DNA of 64,000 bases from Eledone cirrhosa (GCA_964016885.1 OZ024741.1:49724001-49788000); one strand, 5' to 3'. Shown: positions 24,256 to 39,039, counted from the stretch's first letter. Notes: generated by a model not told the origin, from the letters alone. Made by a program: numbers and translations.

Positions 24256-26312
24256 AAATGCTATAAAAATTAGAATACCCCCCTCCCCCCAATTTTACAT
24301 ATCACAGTTAGCTTGGCACAAGTAATTGGAATTCAAAAGTTATAGACAGATATTAAATTCAAAAATTCTAACCATCTTAAAATTAAAAAGCCCAGCTGAG
24401 GGTACAAATACATTGCACACACATACGCTCACACAAAACACACACACATACGCTCACACAAGTATAGCTAATCTTGGAATGCTCATCACTATAGCATTTC
24501 ACCAGCCCCTTCCTTCCTCAATCATTACATAAATGTGTGTGCGTGTGTATGTAATAATTTTGTATAATGTGTCTATTTATGATTATGTATGAGTAGATAT
24601 ATGTGTGTGTGTACTTCTCTTGTCTGTGTATCTATTTATGTATTTATATGTAGTTGTGTGTGTATGTAACTAAAGCATAATATATGGACGAAATACACCA
24701 AGAATTATAATAAGATGATTCTGCAGAATATATTTAAAAACAAGTTTGTTAATTCAAATTTTTATATCTTTCCCAGTTAAAACATCATTGTGAAAATTTG
24801 TAGTATTAGAGTAATGACTTTAGTTTATAATGTGTTGCTGTTTCGTTCTTTTCAAAGAACAGATTACTAATGCAGTTTCTTGTGGTACAGGATTTTAAGA
24901 GTTAAGTCAGTCACTTTCAGATTTCCATTTAGTTAATGTAGAGTTGGAGTAATTGTGCAGCTATGTTTGAGAAATGCTGTAAATATGTGAATGTGGTTTC
25001 ATCTACAGATGAAAATGTAGCCTTCTTGTGGAGGTTTTGTCAGTTTGTGAGGATATAAATTAAAACACTTTTAGTTACAAATGGGATCTTTAACTCTACA
25101 AAATACTTCAGCAATGCTGGTATAGTCACTACCTCCGTCTCTCTTGCTCTTCCCATTTCTCACTATTATGAGCAAATGGTGGCCGTGACAGACAGAATAG
25201 AGGTGTTTCCCTGGAGTATGGTGAAGGAGACTCGTTTGAAAAGCCATTCCAACTTGCAAGGCTCACACCTGTGGGTAGCCAACTCTATGCAGATGGTTGT
25301 GAGTAGGGAGGTGGTTCTAGGGCCAAGGACACCAGAAGTCTCGACTGCTAAATGGATACTTGTAGTACACCAAACAGGAGATTTTCAGGTTTAAGAAGTG
25401 TTGTTAAACTCTAACATATACTTGGGAATCTGTCAGGTAGTTTGATAGCCATCATTTTGTATTGCTTCTTAAGGAGGTGTTAAGTATTATGTTTATACCT
25501 GGTTAGTGGTAGCTGGGATAATGTGTTTAATGTTGTGATTTTCTTTCATGTGTTTATTTTTTTTTTAAAGCTGACATGTGGTCTTTCTCTAAGGTTTATG
25601 AGTTGTGTGGCAGTTAAGTATAATTGAAATGAGAAATAGTTGAATATATGTTATCAAAGATAAAATTTTCTGCTTTTTTGTGTGTGGGGTGGGGTAGTTG
25701 GGGTGGTGAATGAGACAGGGTAGTGGTGATGGATCTGTATAATACTAATATAGTTGGCAGCTTTTTTTTGAATTGTTATAATTTTTCCCAATTTCTTAAT
25801 TCTGTGTTGCTATGAGTAATTATTATTTTATTCACAGTTTCATCATTTAACATCTATCTTCCACACTAGCATGGATTGGACAGGAATTGTCTCACTTGAG
25901 GCAATATTGGTCGGGTGACCATGTCTCGCTCGTATAGGACTATCTGGCAGGTTTTCTATGGCTGGATGCCCTTCCTAACAGTTGTATAAATAACATTACA
26001 AATATGTTTTAAATATATACATAAATAACATTACAAATATGTAAATATTATAAATTGCTTGCAGTTCGTTCAGAAGAATATTATAAGTATAATGTTGTTG
26101 ATAAACACATAAAAGAGAGAAATAAAGAGAGGAGGGAGGTGCAAAAACAAAAAACTTAAAGATAAGTGTAATAGATCCTTCTAATTCTAGGTGTATGTTG
26201 GGGGGGGGGGGGGGGGGGCAACTTGATCTTTTATGTTTCGGATTTTCCTACAAGTTTCTTCTATCTGATGGTAGGACAATATTAAAAAATAATCCACCTG
26301 GAAAAGTGTATA

Positions 26313-26492
26313 CGAGGGTCAGCTGAAAAGTCCTTAGGCTGACCAAGATACTCTCATAGAATGTGACCAAATGAGGTTTATTGTTCAAACAATGCAGTTA
26401 TTAATAATAAGAGTTGAAATTAATGCATGCAAGATTTCAAAGCTCTAGCATCATTCCTTCATAGTCAGCCTATGAACTTTTCAGCACCATTG
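26313..26492. mobile_element. Tc1/mariner-type MITE (family F)
   Basis: TA-CGAGGGTCAGCTGAAAAGT...GTCAGCCTATGAACTTTTCAGC. Confidence 0.8.
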
Positions 26493-26654
26493 TATCTTGT
26501 ATTTTATGTGGGTTTTGGTGACTAGCTTAAACATTTTTGGGATAGAGTTTATTTGCCACTAGTTGAAGTTATTTTGGTGATATGAGATGTTTTGTGGCCA
26601 TTAATATTTAACTGCTTATTTTATGGTTTGTATATATATATATATATATATAAT

Positions 26655-26877
26655 TACCGTATATACTCAAATATAAGCCAATACAAATATATGCCAAACC
26701 TACTATTTTATGTTGTGAGAAATGGGCAAAAATCCAAACTATTTATATAGAATTTGAAGTTGATGAAAATTATCAAAATATTAACCCCAAATATAAGCTG
26801 ACCTCCCACCCTCTATCATCGATTTTTTTTTTTTTTTTTTGTCATATTCATTGGCTAATATTTGAATATATATGGTA
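26655..26877. mobile_element. TA-flanked MITE (family H, Tc1/pogo-like)
   Basis: TIRs TACCGTATATACTCAAATATAAGCC / GGCTAATATTTGAATATATATGGTA; related pieces at 13760-13920 (minus) and 54991-55146. Confidence 0.7.
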
Positions 26878-29265
26878 CATTTTTGCTACACATATGTTTA
26901 AGGTTAGGCCTAAGACAAGCCAAATATTTCACAAGCAGCGCTGTTTTGTTTTAACAAATTAAGCATTCATTTATAATATATGAAAGTTGACCTAAGAGAG
27001 CTTAAATGTCTATCTATATTATTACTTCTCCCATATGACTCTGCTACTGATTAATTTCTCAAATTCTCTGATATATTATTTAATTCAAATTATTGACATT
27101 GCTAATGTTTTTCAATAACCTTGGTTCTTCCTATTTAAGCAGTCTTTTTGACACAGAAATAGACAATTATTTGCATAGTGTTGGTGTCATGATAAAATGC
27201 ACTTGGTTGAGTCTGGGACAGTTTATAAGCAAGACCTTCAGCCCATCTTTGAGGACAGCCGCCTCACTGAAGACCCATCTAACCCTTGCCAGCAGGGAAA
27301 ACAGACGTTAAATGTTGGTGATGATGATGATGACGATGCACAGGTGTTTTCATTTATCATTGTAACTGTGGTCATTATGTTTCTGTGGAAGTTAGGATTG
27401 AAATGATTTCTGTTTTTAAGATGCTAAGGAAAGTTGTTGGGTAGATTAACCCTTTAACATTTACCGTACTCTATATATATACGATTATATTTTCAACATC
27501 AATATGAGTGACAAGTTACGGCCTGTTTGAACAGAAATAGAGAACTTTGGCCAGTTTAAATACTAAAAAATGTTGCATTGAGCCAGTTGAAGATACCTTG
27601 TTAGTGTAATGGTAATAGTAGTAATAGTGTTAGTGTAGTGGTAATAGTGGTAGTGTAGTGGTAATAGTAGTAGTGAAGGAGACTATATATGATTCTCTTA
27701 GTATTTTCAAGTCATGTATTCAAAGTCAAAGTCACTAGCAACTGAAATAAATGAAACATATTTTATCATATTTCAAACCATCAATAACATTACTTCTGTT
27801 AAATGTTTTATGACTATTTTCCATATTAGTTGAATCATCTGCCAACAAAGGAGCTGCTAAAACATGCCTTACAAACTTAAACAAAAAAAAGACCAGATTA
27901 GATAATGTATTCCTGGATGCAGAATACCTGAAACAGGCAGGATGATTATTGAGGTTGAAATGCTTTTGATTATATAGATCTACTCATTCGGAGTTGACCT
28001 GGGGTTAAACAAGAAGTTCACTGACTTATCAGAATGAATATTATCACATTTATTTTTTTTTTAATAGCAAATATCCATCACTAAATGGGAGCCATTTTTA
28101 GATTGGCTAATCAAATAAGCTGCCATATTTGGCACCACAAGACCGTAATTGTGACAACATTTGGCTACATAAACTTTTGATCACCATTTTATGATCTTCA
28201 CTGTTATACTTTCTTACTTTTCACAGCCTACATATCCTTTTGAACTACTAAAACACTCCTTTTACTATAAATATACCTCACAGCTATCTTCATATTTGTG
28301 ACAATTCTTACAAAGAAACCTCTCTCAAACTCCATCACATGGCTATAACAGATCTTGCAACTATCACCCCCTCTCCATTATTATATAACTCCAGCTATGC
28401 CACTAGACCTTTTACAATCAGCTCATCCCACCTTATACAACTTGTACATCTCTTCATTTTAAAATAGTGTTATACAAATGAAATATTAAACTAATCATTT
28501 TTAAGGTTATTCACTGCAATAGTAGTAGGAAACATGTGCCAAAAATTAGGGTAACCTTCTTGGCAGACTTCACTACAGATATTATTGCTTTTTCTCTAGC
28601 TGAAAATCCATAATATTGATGATGAGGTTGATAATAATAATAACAACAACAAAAACAACAATAACAATAAAATAATGATAATAATATCGGCAATAACACT
28701 GATAATTATGGTAATAATAATGACAGCAATAACAGTGTTTTCCAATAAGTTCTGTCACCTAGGTGATTTATGTTAATAAAATACTAGGTAAGTGAATAGT
28801 GTTTTTATTTGAGTTTCCTTTGTCTCTCCAGATGCTTCAAGAATTTATTTTTATGCTAGTAGTTGGGAAAAATTGATTTTTTTTTTTCTTTCTTTCTTTT
28901 TTCTTTCTTTCTTTCTTTCAAAAGACTGGCTGTATGATGCTCTGATGCATGTGTGATATTCTATAAGGTTGTAGAGTTTGGCAGGAAAAATAGATTTTCA
29001 AAGCTTGGAATAAATGAAATAAATGTATATTTAATGTGAATTATAATTGGTTGACTAGGTTTGGATAAACTTAGAAGGCAGCTAGAAATCAAATATGCAA
29101 ATATTGTTTGCAAGAAAGATGTTTTAAGTGGTCTAGGGTGAAAATATGTAAAATATTCTAAATAACTTAAGTCACTTGATGGTTGCTTTTGTTTGCTTTT
29201 TATAGGTGAACAAAGTGGACTCGAAACAAAATATTCTAGACTGAACAGGAAATTTTATTTATCTT

Positions 29266-29848
29266 TGGCAGTATTGGTAGAGGGTTGGACACCATGCTTT
29301 CTAGCATAGTTACGTCCCTTTACAGTTTGAGTTCAAATCCCGCCGAGGTTAACTTTGCCTTTCATCCTTACGGGGTCGATAAAATAAAGTACCAGTAATG
29401 TACTGGGTAATTGCTGGCCTTGTGCCTAAAGTAGAAATAATTATTTTAGGGCGGCGGATTGGCAGTATCGGTAGAGGGTCGAACGCCATGCTTTGATGCA
29501 TAGAGTTACGGCCCTTGCCATTCTGAGTTCAAATCCCTCCGAGGTTAACTTTGCCTTTCATCCTTACGGGGTCGATAAAATAAAGTACCAGTAATACACT
29601 GGGCATTTGCTGGTCTTGTGCCAAAAGTAGAAACAATTATTATTATTATTGGCAGTATCGGTAGAGCGTCGGACAACATGCTTTTTGTCACAGAGTTATG
29701 GCCCTTTATATTCTAAGTTCATATCCCACTGAGGTTAGCTTTGCTTTTCATCCTTATGGGATCAATAAACTTTAGTACCAGAAATGCACTGGGGTTAATT
29801 TAATCAACTTCTCCAAAATTGTTGGCATTATGCCTAAATTAGAAACCA
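29266..29848 (+). mobile_element. Three tandem copies of SINE family B
   Basis: Copies start at ~29266, 29449 (full GGCGGCGGATTGGCAG head) and 29649, separated by (ATT)n tails. Confidence 0.9.
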
Positions 29849-30435
29849 CTAGCAGTGGTACCCGGCGTTGCACGGGATAAGGTATTTTGAAACGCGGGCC
29901 GCCAACAGACCTAATCGTGGAAAAACTGCATGCCTGGACAATATGTAAAGAAAATAAACTGAATACTCTGATGGCTGGATAATCTTTAATATTTTACTCG
30001 ATGAAGCAGGAAAAATGCAGGTTTTCACCTAATGCAGGCCCTAGGGGATCAAGAAAATGAATTTTTTTATGTGCATATGCCTTGAAATTTCGGGAAAATC
30101 AGCTAGACGTAACGCCTCAAAAAAGCTCTAAAATGCTGAAAAAATGAAGTTTTTCACCTAATGCGGGCCCTAGGCTATAAAACAGTTGGATTTTCTTTGC
30201 TTACGGTATGAGGAAGAGACTGACTAATACATAGTTAAAATTTCAAGGAAATCCGTCTGATGTAACACTTCAAAAAACCCCTAAAAACCTGAAAAAACGC
30301 AGTTTTTCACCTAATGCGGGCCCTAGGGGACCAAAAAGTGAAATTTTGTGCATAACATTCCCTGAAACATAAGTAATACACATGTAAAGTTTGAAAAAAG
30401 TCGGTTGGGTATTTCTCGAGTTTTAGGGATTCAAA

Positions 30436-30481
<46 letters not shown>

Positions 30482-31259
30482 TCCTCAGGGAAGTGACGTA
30501 GTGCAGACAGTCAGACATACAGACAGATATTATAAGGGTGCAACGTTATATGTATGTATCTATCTAAAAAGAGAAAGACTAAGAATTATTGAGAGAGATT
30601 GCTAAATCGCCTAATGTGGTCCCTAGGGCATTGAAAATTTGAAATTTATTTTGCTCAGAACACTTCCTGAAACATAAGTATTACATGTGTAAAGTTAGAA
30701 AACAGTTGGTTGGGTGTTTCTCGAGTTTTAGGGATTCAAACTCACACACACACACAGACAGACATCCTCAGTTTTATATATATAGACTAGCAGAAAACCG
30801 CCCTACTGGTGGTTTTCTGCTAGTATATATATATATTACACACACAGAAATGTATATATATTTCTGTGTGTATATATATATATACATTACACACACAGAA
30901 ATGTATATATATTTCTGTGTGTATATATATATATATTACACACACACAGAAATGTATATATGTTTCTGTAGCACTCCTCAATTCCCCCCTCTCTCCCTCC
31001 CGCTATCCCCCTCTTGTAGTCTGTCTCTTTCTTTCACTCTCACTCTCTCTCTACGCGTGCGCAAAAAACATTCGCACGCGCGCACGTGTTTTAGCGTCTA
31101 TTCACTCTCTCTCTCTCCCTCCCGCTATCCCCCTCTCGTAGTCTGTCTCTTTCTTTCACTCTCACTCTCTCTATGCGTGCGCAAAAAACATTCGCATGCG
31201 CGCACGTGTTTCCACTGTTGGACAGACAGAGAAATTGCTGGTTATATATTATAAGGAGA
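29849..31259 (-). mobile_element. Composite non-autonomous Helitron (two head-to-tail units: 29849-30786 and 30787-31259)
   Basis: Minus-strand 5' ends TCTCCTTATAAT and TCTATATATATAAAA; 3' end CCCGTGCAACGCCGGG hairpin plus CTAG; inserted between A and T of the SINE tail AAACCA|TTATT with no TSD. Confidence 0.85.
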
Positions 31260-31732
31260 TTATTATTGGGGTAATTGTTGGCCTTGTGCCAAAATAGAAA
31301 CAATTATTATTATTATTATTATTATTTGACTATTTATCACAACCAACTTTGATGTCACTTTGGGTCAGTTATTTTAGGGAATACCAGGCATCAACTAGTA
31401 ACCTTGGGTAACTCCAACTATGTATATCATTCCTTGTCATTTCACTACTGCTGGTAGTCCAAAACCTTTCTCAATATTCAGACTGTTCCTAATAGGTATG
31501 ATTTCTGTAGTGGTTCAATCCTTGTTATTATTATTATTATTATTCACATTTCAATTTTACACAGAAAGCTGGTGAAATGTTTTTTTATAAATTTTGACAT
31601 TTCCATGTAGTTAGAAAAATTGTTTTTAATGTTGTATATGTGTCTTACTTCTAGCTACAACCCTTTAGATACTAATCTGCTTGAAACATCCCTTAGTGCT
31701 CTGATATGAATCTGTTTATTAAAATGTTTATA

Positions 31733-32137
31733 CAGTAAGTCCCCAACTGACGATCGAGTTACGTTCCAAGAAGCTGTTCATTAGTTGATTTGTTTGTAAG
31801 TTGATCGTCTAACACAGTATATACCAGTAAGCCCATATATGTTACATTGATACTGCAAGTTTCCATGTGAGTGATATATATATATATATATATACATATA
31901 CATTATATAGAGGTATATATAACAATATAACATGTAATAATGAATTTAAATACTGTAAAGCTAATGACAATAAATTGTGTAAGAAAGCGGTTCAGTTGTG
32001 TAGTGGAAGAGTGCACGCACACCATCAAGTGGCAAACACACAAACTTCAACCTGTGAATTTCAAATTCAGACAAAAATTTGTTTTTCTTCTTGAGACTGT
32101 TTGTATCTGCAGAAGTGTGTAAGGTGAGGACTTATTG
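31733..32137. mobile_element. pogo/Tigger-like MITE nested in family E MITE 31661-32318
   Basis: TA TSD; TIRs CAGTAAGTCCCCAACTGAC / GTAAGGTGAGGACTTATTG. Confidence 0.7.
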
Positions 32138-34475
32138 TATTTATCTCAAAGACCTTTCATCATATATTTATGTAAGAACTTTTGAGTTTAGATCCAAACA
32201 CTAAATTAAAAATAATGAGAAAGTTAGTTATTTTACTAAAGCCCTTGAAATTCTTGATTATTTTCAAAATTATTTAAAATTATAAGCAATGTCTTTCATT
32301 AGAAATATGACAAAAGGGTTAAAGATGAACAGAAATTATAGTCAGCTAGATAGACTGAATCAAGCAGAATTATGTAACTAGCCTAGTACCAAAGAATAAT
32401 GGCCTCTTGTCAGATAAATATATTACTTATCTTCTTGGTCATTAATCTACTCTAGTAATGTCCTAGTGGTTAGTAATTTAGTTCAGTAATCTCTTAGTGA
32501 TTAGTAATTTAATACAATAATCTCCTAGTGGTCATTAATTTAGTACAGTAACCTCAGTGGTCAGTACACTAATCTAAAAGCTATTCTATCTCATATTATT
32601 TCATATCATTAAAGACATTAGATGAAATCATTAAAGCTGAAGTAATAGTGAAACATTTTGTTTCCTTCGTGTTAGTGTAGTTTAAATCTATATGATGCTG
32701 TGATAGAGGAGGATATGAATTGTTGCACATGATGATTGATGTAATTATAATAACCTGTTCTCAAAGCTATTTTTACAGCATAATAGCAAATTATTCTAAA
32801 TGTAACTAACCAAAATGAGAAAGAAAAATAACCTGATTTGATTTTTTTTTTTTTCCTCTTCAAATGTTGGATAGCATAAGATCAGAGCTGTCACTAAATT
32901 TAGACTTCTGATGCAAAGCATCTTGATACAAGAGTTGGCTTCAATTCAAAACCGATCAGTATTATTGGCAATCTCAGAGCAAATAGAAACTAACTGCTCC
33001 CTGTCATATCAGCCATTGCCAACCAGCTGGAATTTGGGCATAAAGCCAATCAAAGAAAGTGATGTAAATTCAATGAACTCTCTAGCTTACAACTTTAGGA
33101 GGAGGAGAACAGCCATTACCAATTGTTCATTGACATTGCAATTCTATATTTATCCAATGTTTCTGTTCTAGATTTTAAACAAATAAAATAAATACGACTG
33201 CTTTTAGCCAAAAGAGAAGACAGGATACATTCTTTTGAGTCCATAAACTCAGATTTTGTAATCTGAAATTCTGTTTGTTCTAATAGTCTATGTTGAAACT
33301 ATAAACTTTACACTTCATTAGCTTGAGTAGTGTGTTTGTTTGTTGTTTATCTCCTGGTCATTTCAATCATAAATTTTACATCTTTTCATTAGTCAAATTT
33401 TAGGCAATTAAATATTGTTCAATTAATCACTAATACCACACACTACTAGGGTCAGCTGACCAAGATACTCTCATGGAATGACCAAATGGGGATTGATTTT
33501 TCAACATAGTCCCTAGAAAGAAACAATGCAGTTATTAATAATAAGAGTTGAAATTAATGCAGGCAAGATTTCACAGCTCTAACATCACTCCTTCGTAGTC
33601 AGCCTATGGACTTTCCAGCCGACCCTCGTATATCGGACGTGATATATTTGTTTTCCATAGCATTAAATGGAGCTGCTACTTCTCTGAACTGAGAAGACAG
33701 GATACATTCTTTTGAGGATGGTTGGGGAGATGTGTTGAAAGAACATTCCAGTTCACGAGGCACACACCTGCAGGTAGTCAACTCCGTGCCAATGGTGGTG
33801 AGTAGAGAGGTGGTCCTAGGGTTAAGGACACCGGCAGTTTCCACTCCTTGGTTGTGAAGTGTACTCTTTAACCACTCAGCCATGCCTGCACCAATGAAAG
33901 ATAAATGAAAATAAACTAAACCATCTTTCCCAAATATGGAACAAATGTAGTACCCTCATATTAACCAGGCGCTGTACTCTCAAGTCCCAAATACTAGGGG
34001 GAGGGGGTAAGCAGGGGGAGTTGGAATAAGCTGGGGGATTAGAAAATCGGTAATTTTTCTAGGTTGCCATTGACTTTTTTAAAAACCAGAATTAGTCGTT
34101 TAGTTTACATAGAGACCCTAATCCATGCTATTTATTTTATAACATATGGGATTTCTAGTAATGCTCATTTTTTTTTTTGTCATTTTAATATTTTTTAATG
34201 TCTAAAGAAAATTAATTGTCACAGAAATGCTACCAAATGCTACCAAATAAAATTTCAGTGGAGATAGATTAGCAAAATTCAATAAGTGGGAGGATTATTT
34301 GAGACCCAAAAGTATGGAGAGTTTGTTTTTTTTTGTTTTGTTTTTTTCTTCTAATTAGACTAATTGCTGTCTGGGATATATTAGATTCTCAAATAAAAAT
34401 TGCAACAGAATAGCTCATCCCTGACAATGCACCTAAACACACAGGTGAATGTTCTTGCACACACACACACACATG

Positions 34476-34514
<39 letters not shown>

Positions 34515-34580
34515 TCTTACAAACACACTCACTTGTTCTTACAAACACACACACATACAACTGAACTGTAATTTATTAGC

Positions 34581-34791
34581 AGCATTTAAACCAGCCTTAT
34601 CCGGCCAGACTTCCCAGACCTCTTTCTGTTCAAACTGGCCATAACTGACTGCTCATACTGATGTTAGGGTATTGTTCTCAAAATAAATAATATCAAAATC
34701 TCAGATTCAATATGTGAGATAATTATGTGAAATAAAGCCTTTACCGTGAAAATATAATAGGATATATGAGAGTAATGCAAATACTAAAGGG
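34581..34791. mobile_element. piggyBac-type MITE (family D, left TIR eroded)
   Basis: Colinear with 23974-24194; ends AAAGGG-TTAA. Another copy (minus) at 43728-43940. Confidence 0.82.
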
Positions 34792-36310
34792 TTAAATCAC
34801 CCCACCATTGAAAATGAAATATCCTTGTGTGAAAAATAAACGTTCCATTAAACGTCTTAACTACAACCCTTACATGGTTCCTTGGTGGACAAATACTGCA
34901 TTGATAGAAGATAAACTGATCTGTATAAATTATCTATGTTATTTGTATCCGCTTTAATCTCATTAATATAAACCAGTTCTGTGTTCAGAAGGTAATGAGA
35001 CCTGTACATCAAGTTGTATATTAGTTGTATGTATGTGTGTGAGTGTAAATGTGTGTGTGCATGTGTGTCTGAATGTGTGCAAATGTTGGTGTGTATTTGT
35101 GTGTGTGTGTGTATTCATGTTGTGTGTGTGTATTAATGTTTCATTGTTTTTTATAAGTATATAAATGTCAACTAACATTTACGAATGTGAAGGCGTACAT
35201 ACACACACACGCACACGCGCTTGTCATAATAATAAAACACAAGTGACAAGTGTCACATGATAACCACTTTCTGCTAGATTTGTCTGTGAAAAGGGAATTT
35301 GATATTTTTCTTTTTACCTCTCTCTCCCACACACAGCTTTTACAAGATTGTCAGCAGTGAGAACAACAGCTATATACACCTACCTATGTATCTATCTTCA
35401 GACTATAAAAACAACATCTATCTACCTACTTGTCAACCTAACTACCTATCTCTTTATCTCTGTATCTGTCAATCTGTCTGGTTAGTTGTCTATCTGACTA
35501 TCTACCTACCTACCTGTCTCTACCTTTCTATCTATTTATGTCTATCTTTCTACCTACCTACCTATTTATCTATCTACCAACCTACCTACCTACTTATATA
35601 TCTATCTATCAATCTGTATCATCATCATCACTGTTTTTAAATCTGTTTTTCCACACATGCATGGGTTGGACAGATCCTTTTCAGAACAGCATCTCTCTGC
35701 TTACTGCGTTCCTTTGTCATCTCCTTTGTGAGTCTCAGCAATTTGAGATCATTCTCACCACCTTTGCCCAGGTCTTCCTTGTTCTGCTTCTCCTGTGGCT
35801 TCCCTCCAATGGGATTTCCAGCACTTCTTCATGCAGTGATCATCTTCTATGCACATCACATGTCCATGTCAACAAAGCCTTCTCTCTTGCACACCACTTG
35901 GGATTATCTACCTACATATTTGTATATCTATCTACATACCTACCTGTCTGTCTATCCCTGTTTGATTGCCAATCTAAAGTTATGTGTTTATGTATATTTA
36001 CCAATATATCTATCTTCGGACAAAACCAACAACAACGACAAAGCACAAATCCCAACAGCAGGTCAAAGGTAGCTAGATAGATAGATAGATTCAAAATCAT
36101 CATAATTTGATGGATATATTTTTGATAATGATTAAAGAAAATTATTGTAATTTAAATTAATGTAAAATGAAATATGGTGATGGCCAGAGTAACATGGGGG
36201 AGGAGGTTAAGGAAAATTGAGGATTCAAATATCTTTACATAGAATGTTGTAATGTAAGAATTATTAAATTGAATATTTTTTTTACTATAAACCTATTTTT
36301 ATGGGTACTA

Positions 36311-36382
<72 letters not shown>

Positions 36383-36529
36383 TTAAGAAACTAAGTCTTA
36401 CAATTGAAATGAAAAAGGGTCGAAAGGGCTGGCACTATTTTACAAAACAATGGACATGAACAACTCAAATTTTATATGAAAGTTCAACTTTTTTTGTTTT
36501 TTTGTTTGTTTGTAAACACAAATGTGTGT

Positions 36530-36860
36530 AATTTGTAGGTTGTGGGTGTATGTGTGTACATAGTTTGTAGGTTGTGTGTGTGTATATAGCTTGTAGGTTG
36601 TGTGTGTGTGTGTGTAAATTGCCGATTCTGTGTATGTATATAGCTTGTAGGTTGTGTGTATGTGTGTATGTGTATATATAGTTTGTAGGTTGTGTGTCTG
36701 TGTGTATAAGTTGTAAGTTCTGTATGTGTATATATAGTTTGTAGGTTGTGTGTCTGTGTATATATAATTTGTAAGTTCTATGTGTGTATATAGTTTGTAG
36801 GTTCTATGTGTATATGCAATCTGTTTGTTCTGTGTGTTTGTATAGTTTGTAGGCTGTATG
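36530..36860. repeat. Minisatellite TAGTTTGTAGGTTGTGTG(TG/TA)n
   Basis: About 10 variable units. Confidence 0.85.
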
Positions 36861-37100
36861 AGTGTTATTTTTTGTCTACATCATGTCACTATGATGATGG
36901 TGTTATTACACCACTCACTCTTCATATTGAGTGTGTGTGGGTTCAATATCTGTTTCTTGTCTGTATATTATTCCCTTTTATCTATAGAATGTTTTTACAA
37001 CAAAGTGACCAGCTACTGGTGCTTGGCTGATTTAAAACTCATGCCCCACCCCCACCCCTTTTTTTTTACATAAAATGTTTTTTTCAATATTTCTCCAAAT

Positions 37101-37501
37101 TGAGAGATCACAGATCTGATACTATCTGCATGTGGTTAGAATGTCTCAAGAAGGAATCCTGGACAGATTTGTAGCTCAGAGATCAGGGAGTCACTCCAGA
37201 TAGAACTGCTACTTCCCGGAAATGAGAGATCACAGTTTCGATATTATGGGCATGTGGTTAGAATGTCTCAAGAAAGAATTGCTGGACAGATTTTATGGGC
37301 AAAACTAACTGGCAGGAGACCCAGGGATAGACCCTAAGCAAGATGGTTGGATAACATCCATGAGCTTGGCTGGTCACACTTGGAGATCCAGTCAGATCAG
37401 ATGGAGACATTTGCTTCTGACAGGACCTGCTGGAAGGAGTGTTTGAGGACTCTGCCCTCACGACCATCTCACGAATAAGAGAGTGATCAGGAAGAAGAAG
37501 A
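37101..37501 (+). mobile_element. RTE/Expander-like LINE 3' end with (GAA)n tail and a partial upstream duplicate
   Basis: 37225-37480 translates RSQFRYYGHVVRMSQERIAGQILWAKLTGRRPRDRP*ARWLDNI...DRTCWK; 37101-37172 repeats its start. Confidence 0.78.
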
Positions 37502-39039
37502 GATTTAGCCTGTTACACATCAATGTTTCTCACTTACTGGCAACTGATCAAACACGCATACACAATGGTACAAGCTTTAAACTTTTTTATTTAAGGCTTT
37601 TCAGCAATTAACTGAAATTTTACCAAACTAAATTTTATGAGCTTGAACTAGAATTATTAAAGTTTCTTCATATGATATTATAAAGTTAAAACAAAGCTAT
37701 GTTGTCTTAAAGAACAGTGAATTAAAGTTACTCAAAATCCTTATATTTTTGATAGTTTGGGAATGAATCTGTTCGTCTGAGCCTTGGTGTTATGTTTGAG
37801 CACATATTACGAGTCAAAAATTAATGTGGTGTTATGAGATATTTTTTGTTAGCTTAGTGGTAAGAAACTCTCAGGAGAGCTGGACAGCAGAAGGTCTTCA
37901 GAGAAGAAATCCCACCCCACCCCTCAAGCGAGTATTTCAGCCCTTAACTTCTTACTTTCTAAGGGGGCTGGGCCGTATCCAGGCCATGACACCTGGGTGC
38001 CCTTCTGCTGACATTTAGCCATTCAGAAATCGGAGACTTGCTGTGTATTTAGACAGTAAGGAGATTTGATCTAGCATGAGCTACTTTCCATTGCCTCTGT
38101 TTTCAAACTTATATTTAAATGCTTTCTTAAATTGGAAAATAATGTTGGCAGTTGTGGTAGTGGTGAGATGCCAATGACAGTTTGGCTACACAGACTAGGC
38201 ACACACAGCCCAAGTGCTGGAGTTGTCACTAATGTATATGTCATCATCATTTAATGTCCATCTTCGCTGCTAGCAAGAGTTGGATGAGTTTTCGTAGACT
38301 GAGTCAGTACTCAAATGGAGCTACTGATCTCTCAGATGGGCTGGGGCCCTGCATCTCACTTAGGTTCCTGCACTCTCCCAAGTGCATTTTATCATGACAC
38401 CAGCACTAGGCAGGTTGTCATGTCTTTGACACATCTGAAATGTCCTCCCAACCCTTTGTTTAGCTGGTTTTCTATATCTTATCACCAGCCACTTTGCAGA
38501 GTGTACTGGGTGTGTTTATTATGTAGATCACCAATACTAAAGAGGATATTGTGCCTTGGCACAACTGAAGAGCCCTCTTGACGTTTTTGTGACACACCTT
38601 CCTATTACCAAGCACCTTACATAGTGTGATGGGTGTATTTTTTATAGCAGTCATTGTAGAGCCCTTCCTACTGTATGGGGAGGTGAAGGAAGAGGAGGAT
38701 GACTGACAAATATGATGTTATGGGTGTATAATAAGTATGGTGGGATTTGACTGGGTGATAATTAGGAAAAGAGGAGCTGACCTCCAATATCATGGAGAGG
38801 GTACTGTGATAACAGCTACAAAAGGTTATGATTGATGTGTCAGGATTTTAGAGATAGTGGAAGGGGGGCATGCTTGGGGTGAGTATCAGTGATAGTGAGA
38901 GTAGCTACTAAGGAGTGATAGTGAAGGGAGAGGCACATGGGAGGGTCAAAAAGGTATGGTCACATTTTAGGCTGGTAGACAGCTTTTGTCTTCTTCAGTA
39001 CATCATGTCACCAATTTTCACAGTGCTTTGTAGTTTTTG

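Noticed and set aside
29207-29300. Strong-looking acceptor TTTGCTTTTTATAG inside the long intron
   Set aside because: Splicing from 17941 gives an immediate TGA, there is no clear donor, and it runs into a SINE.
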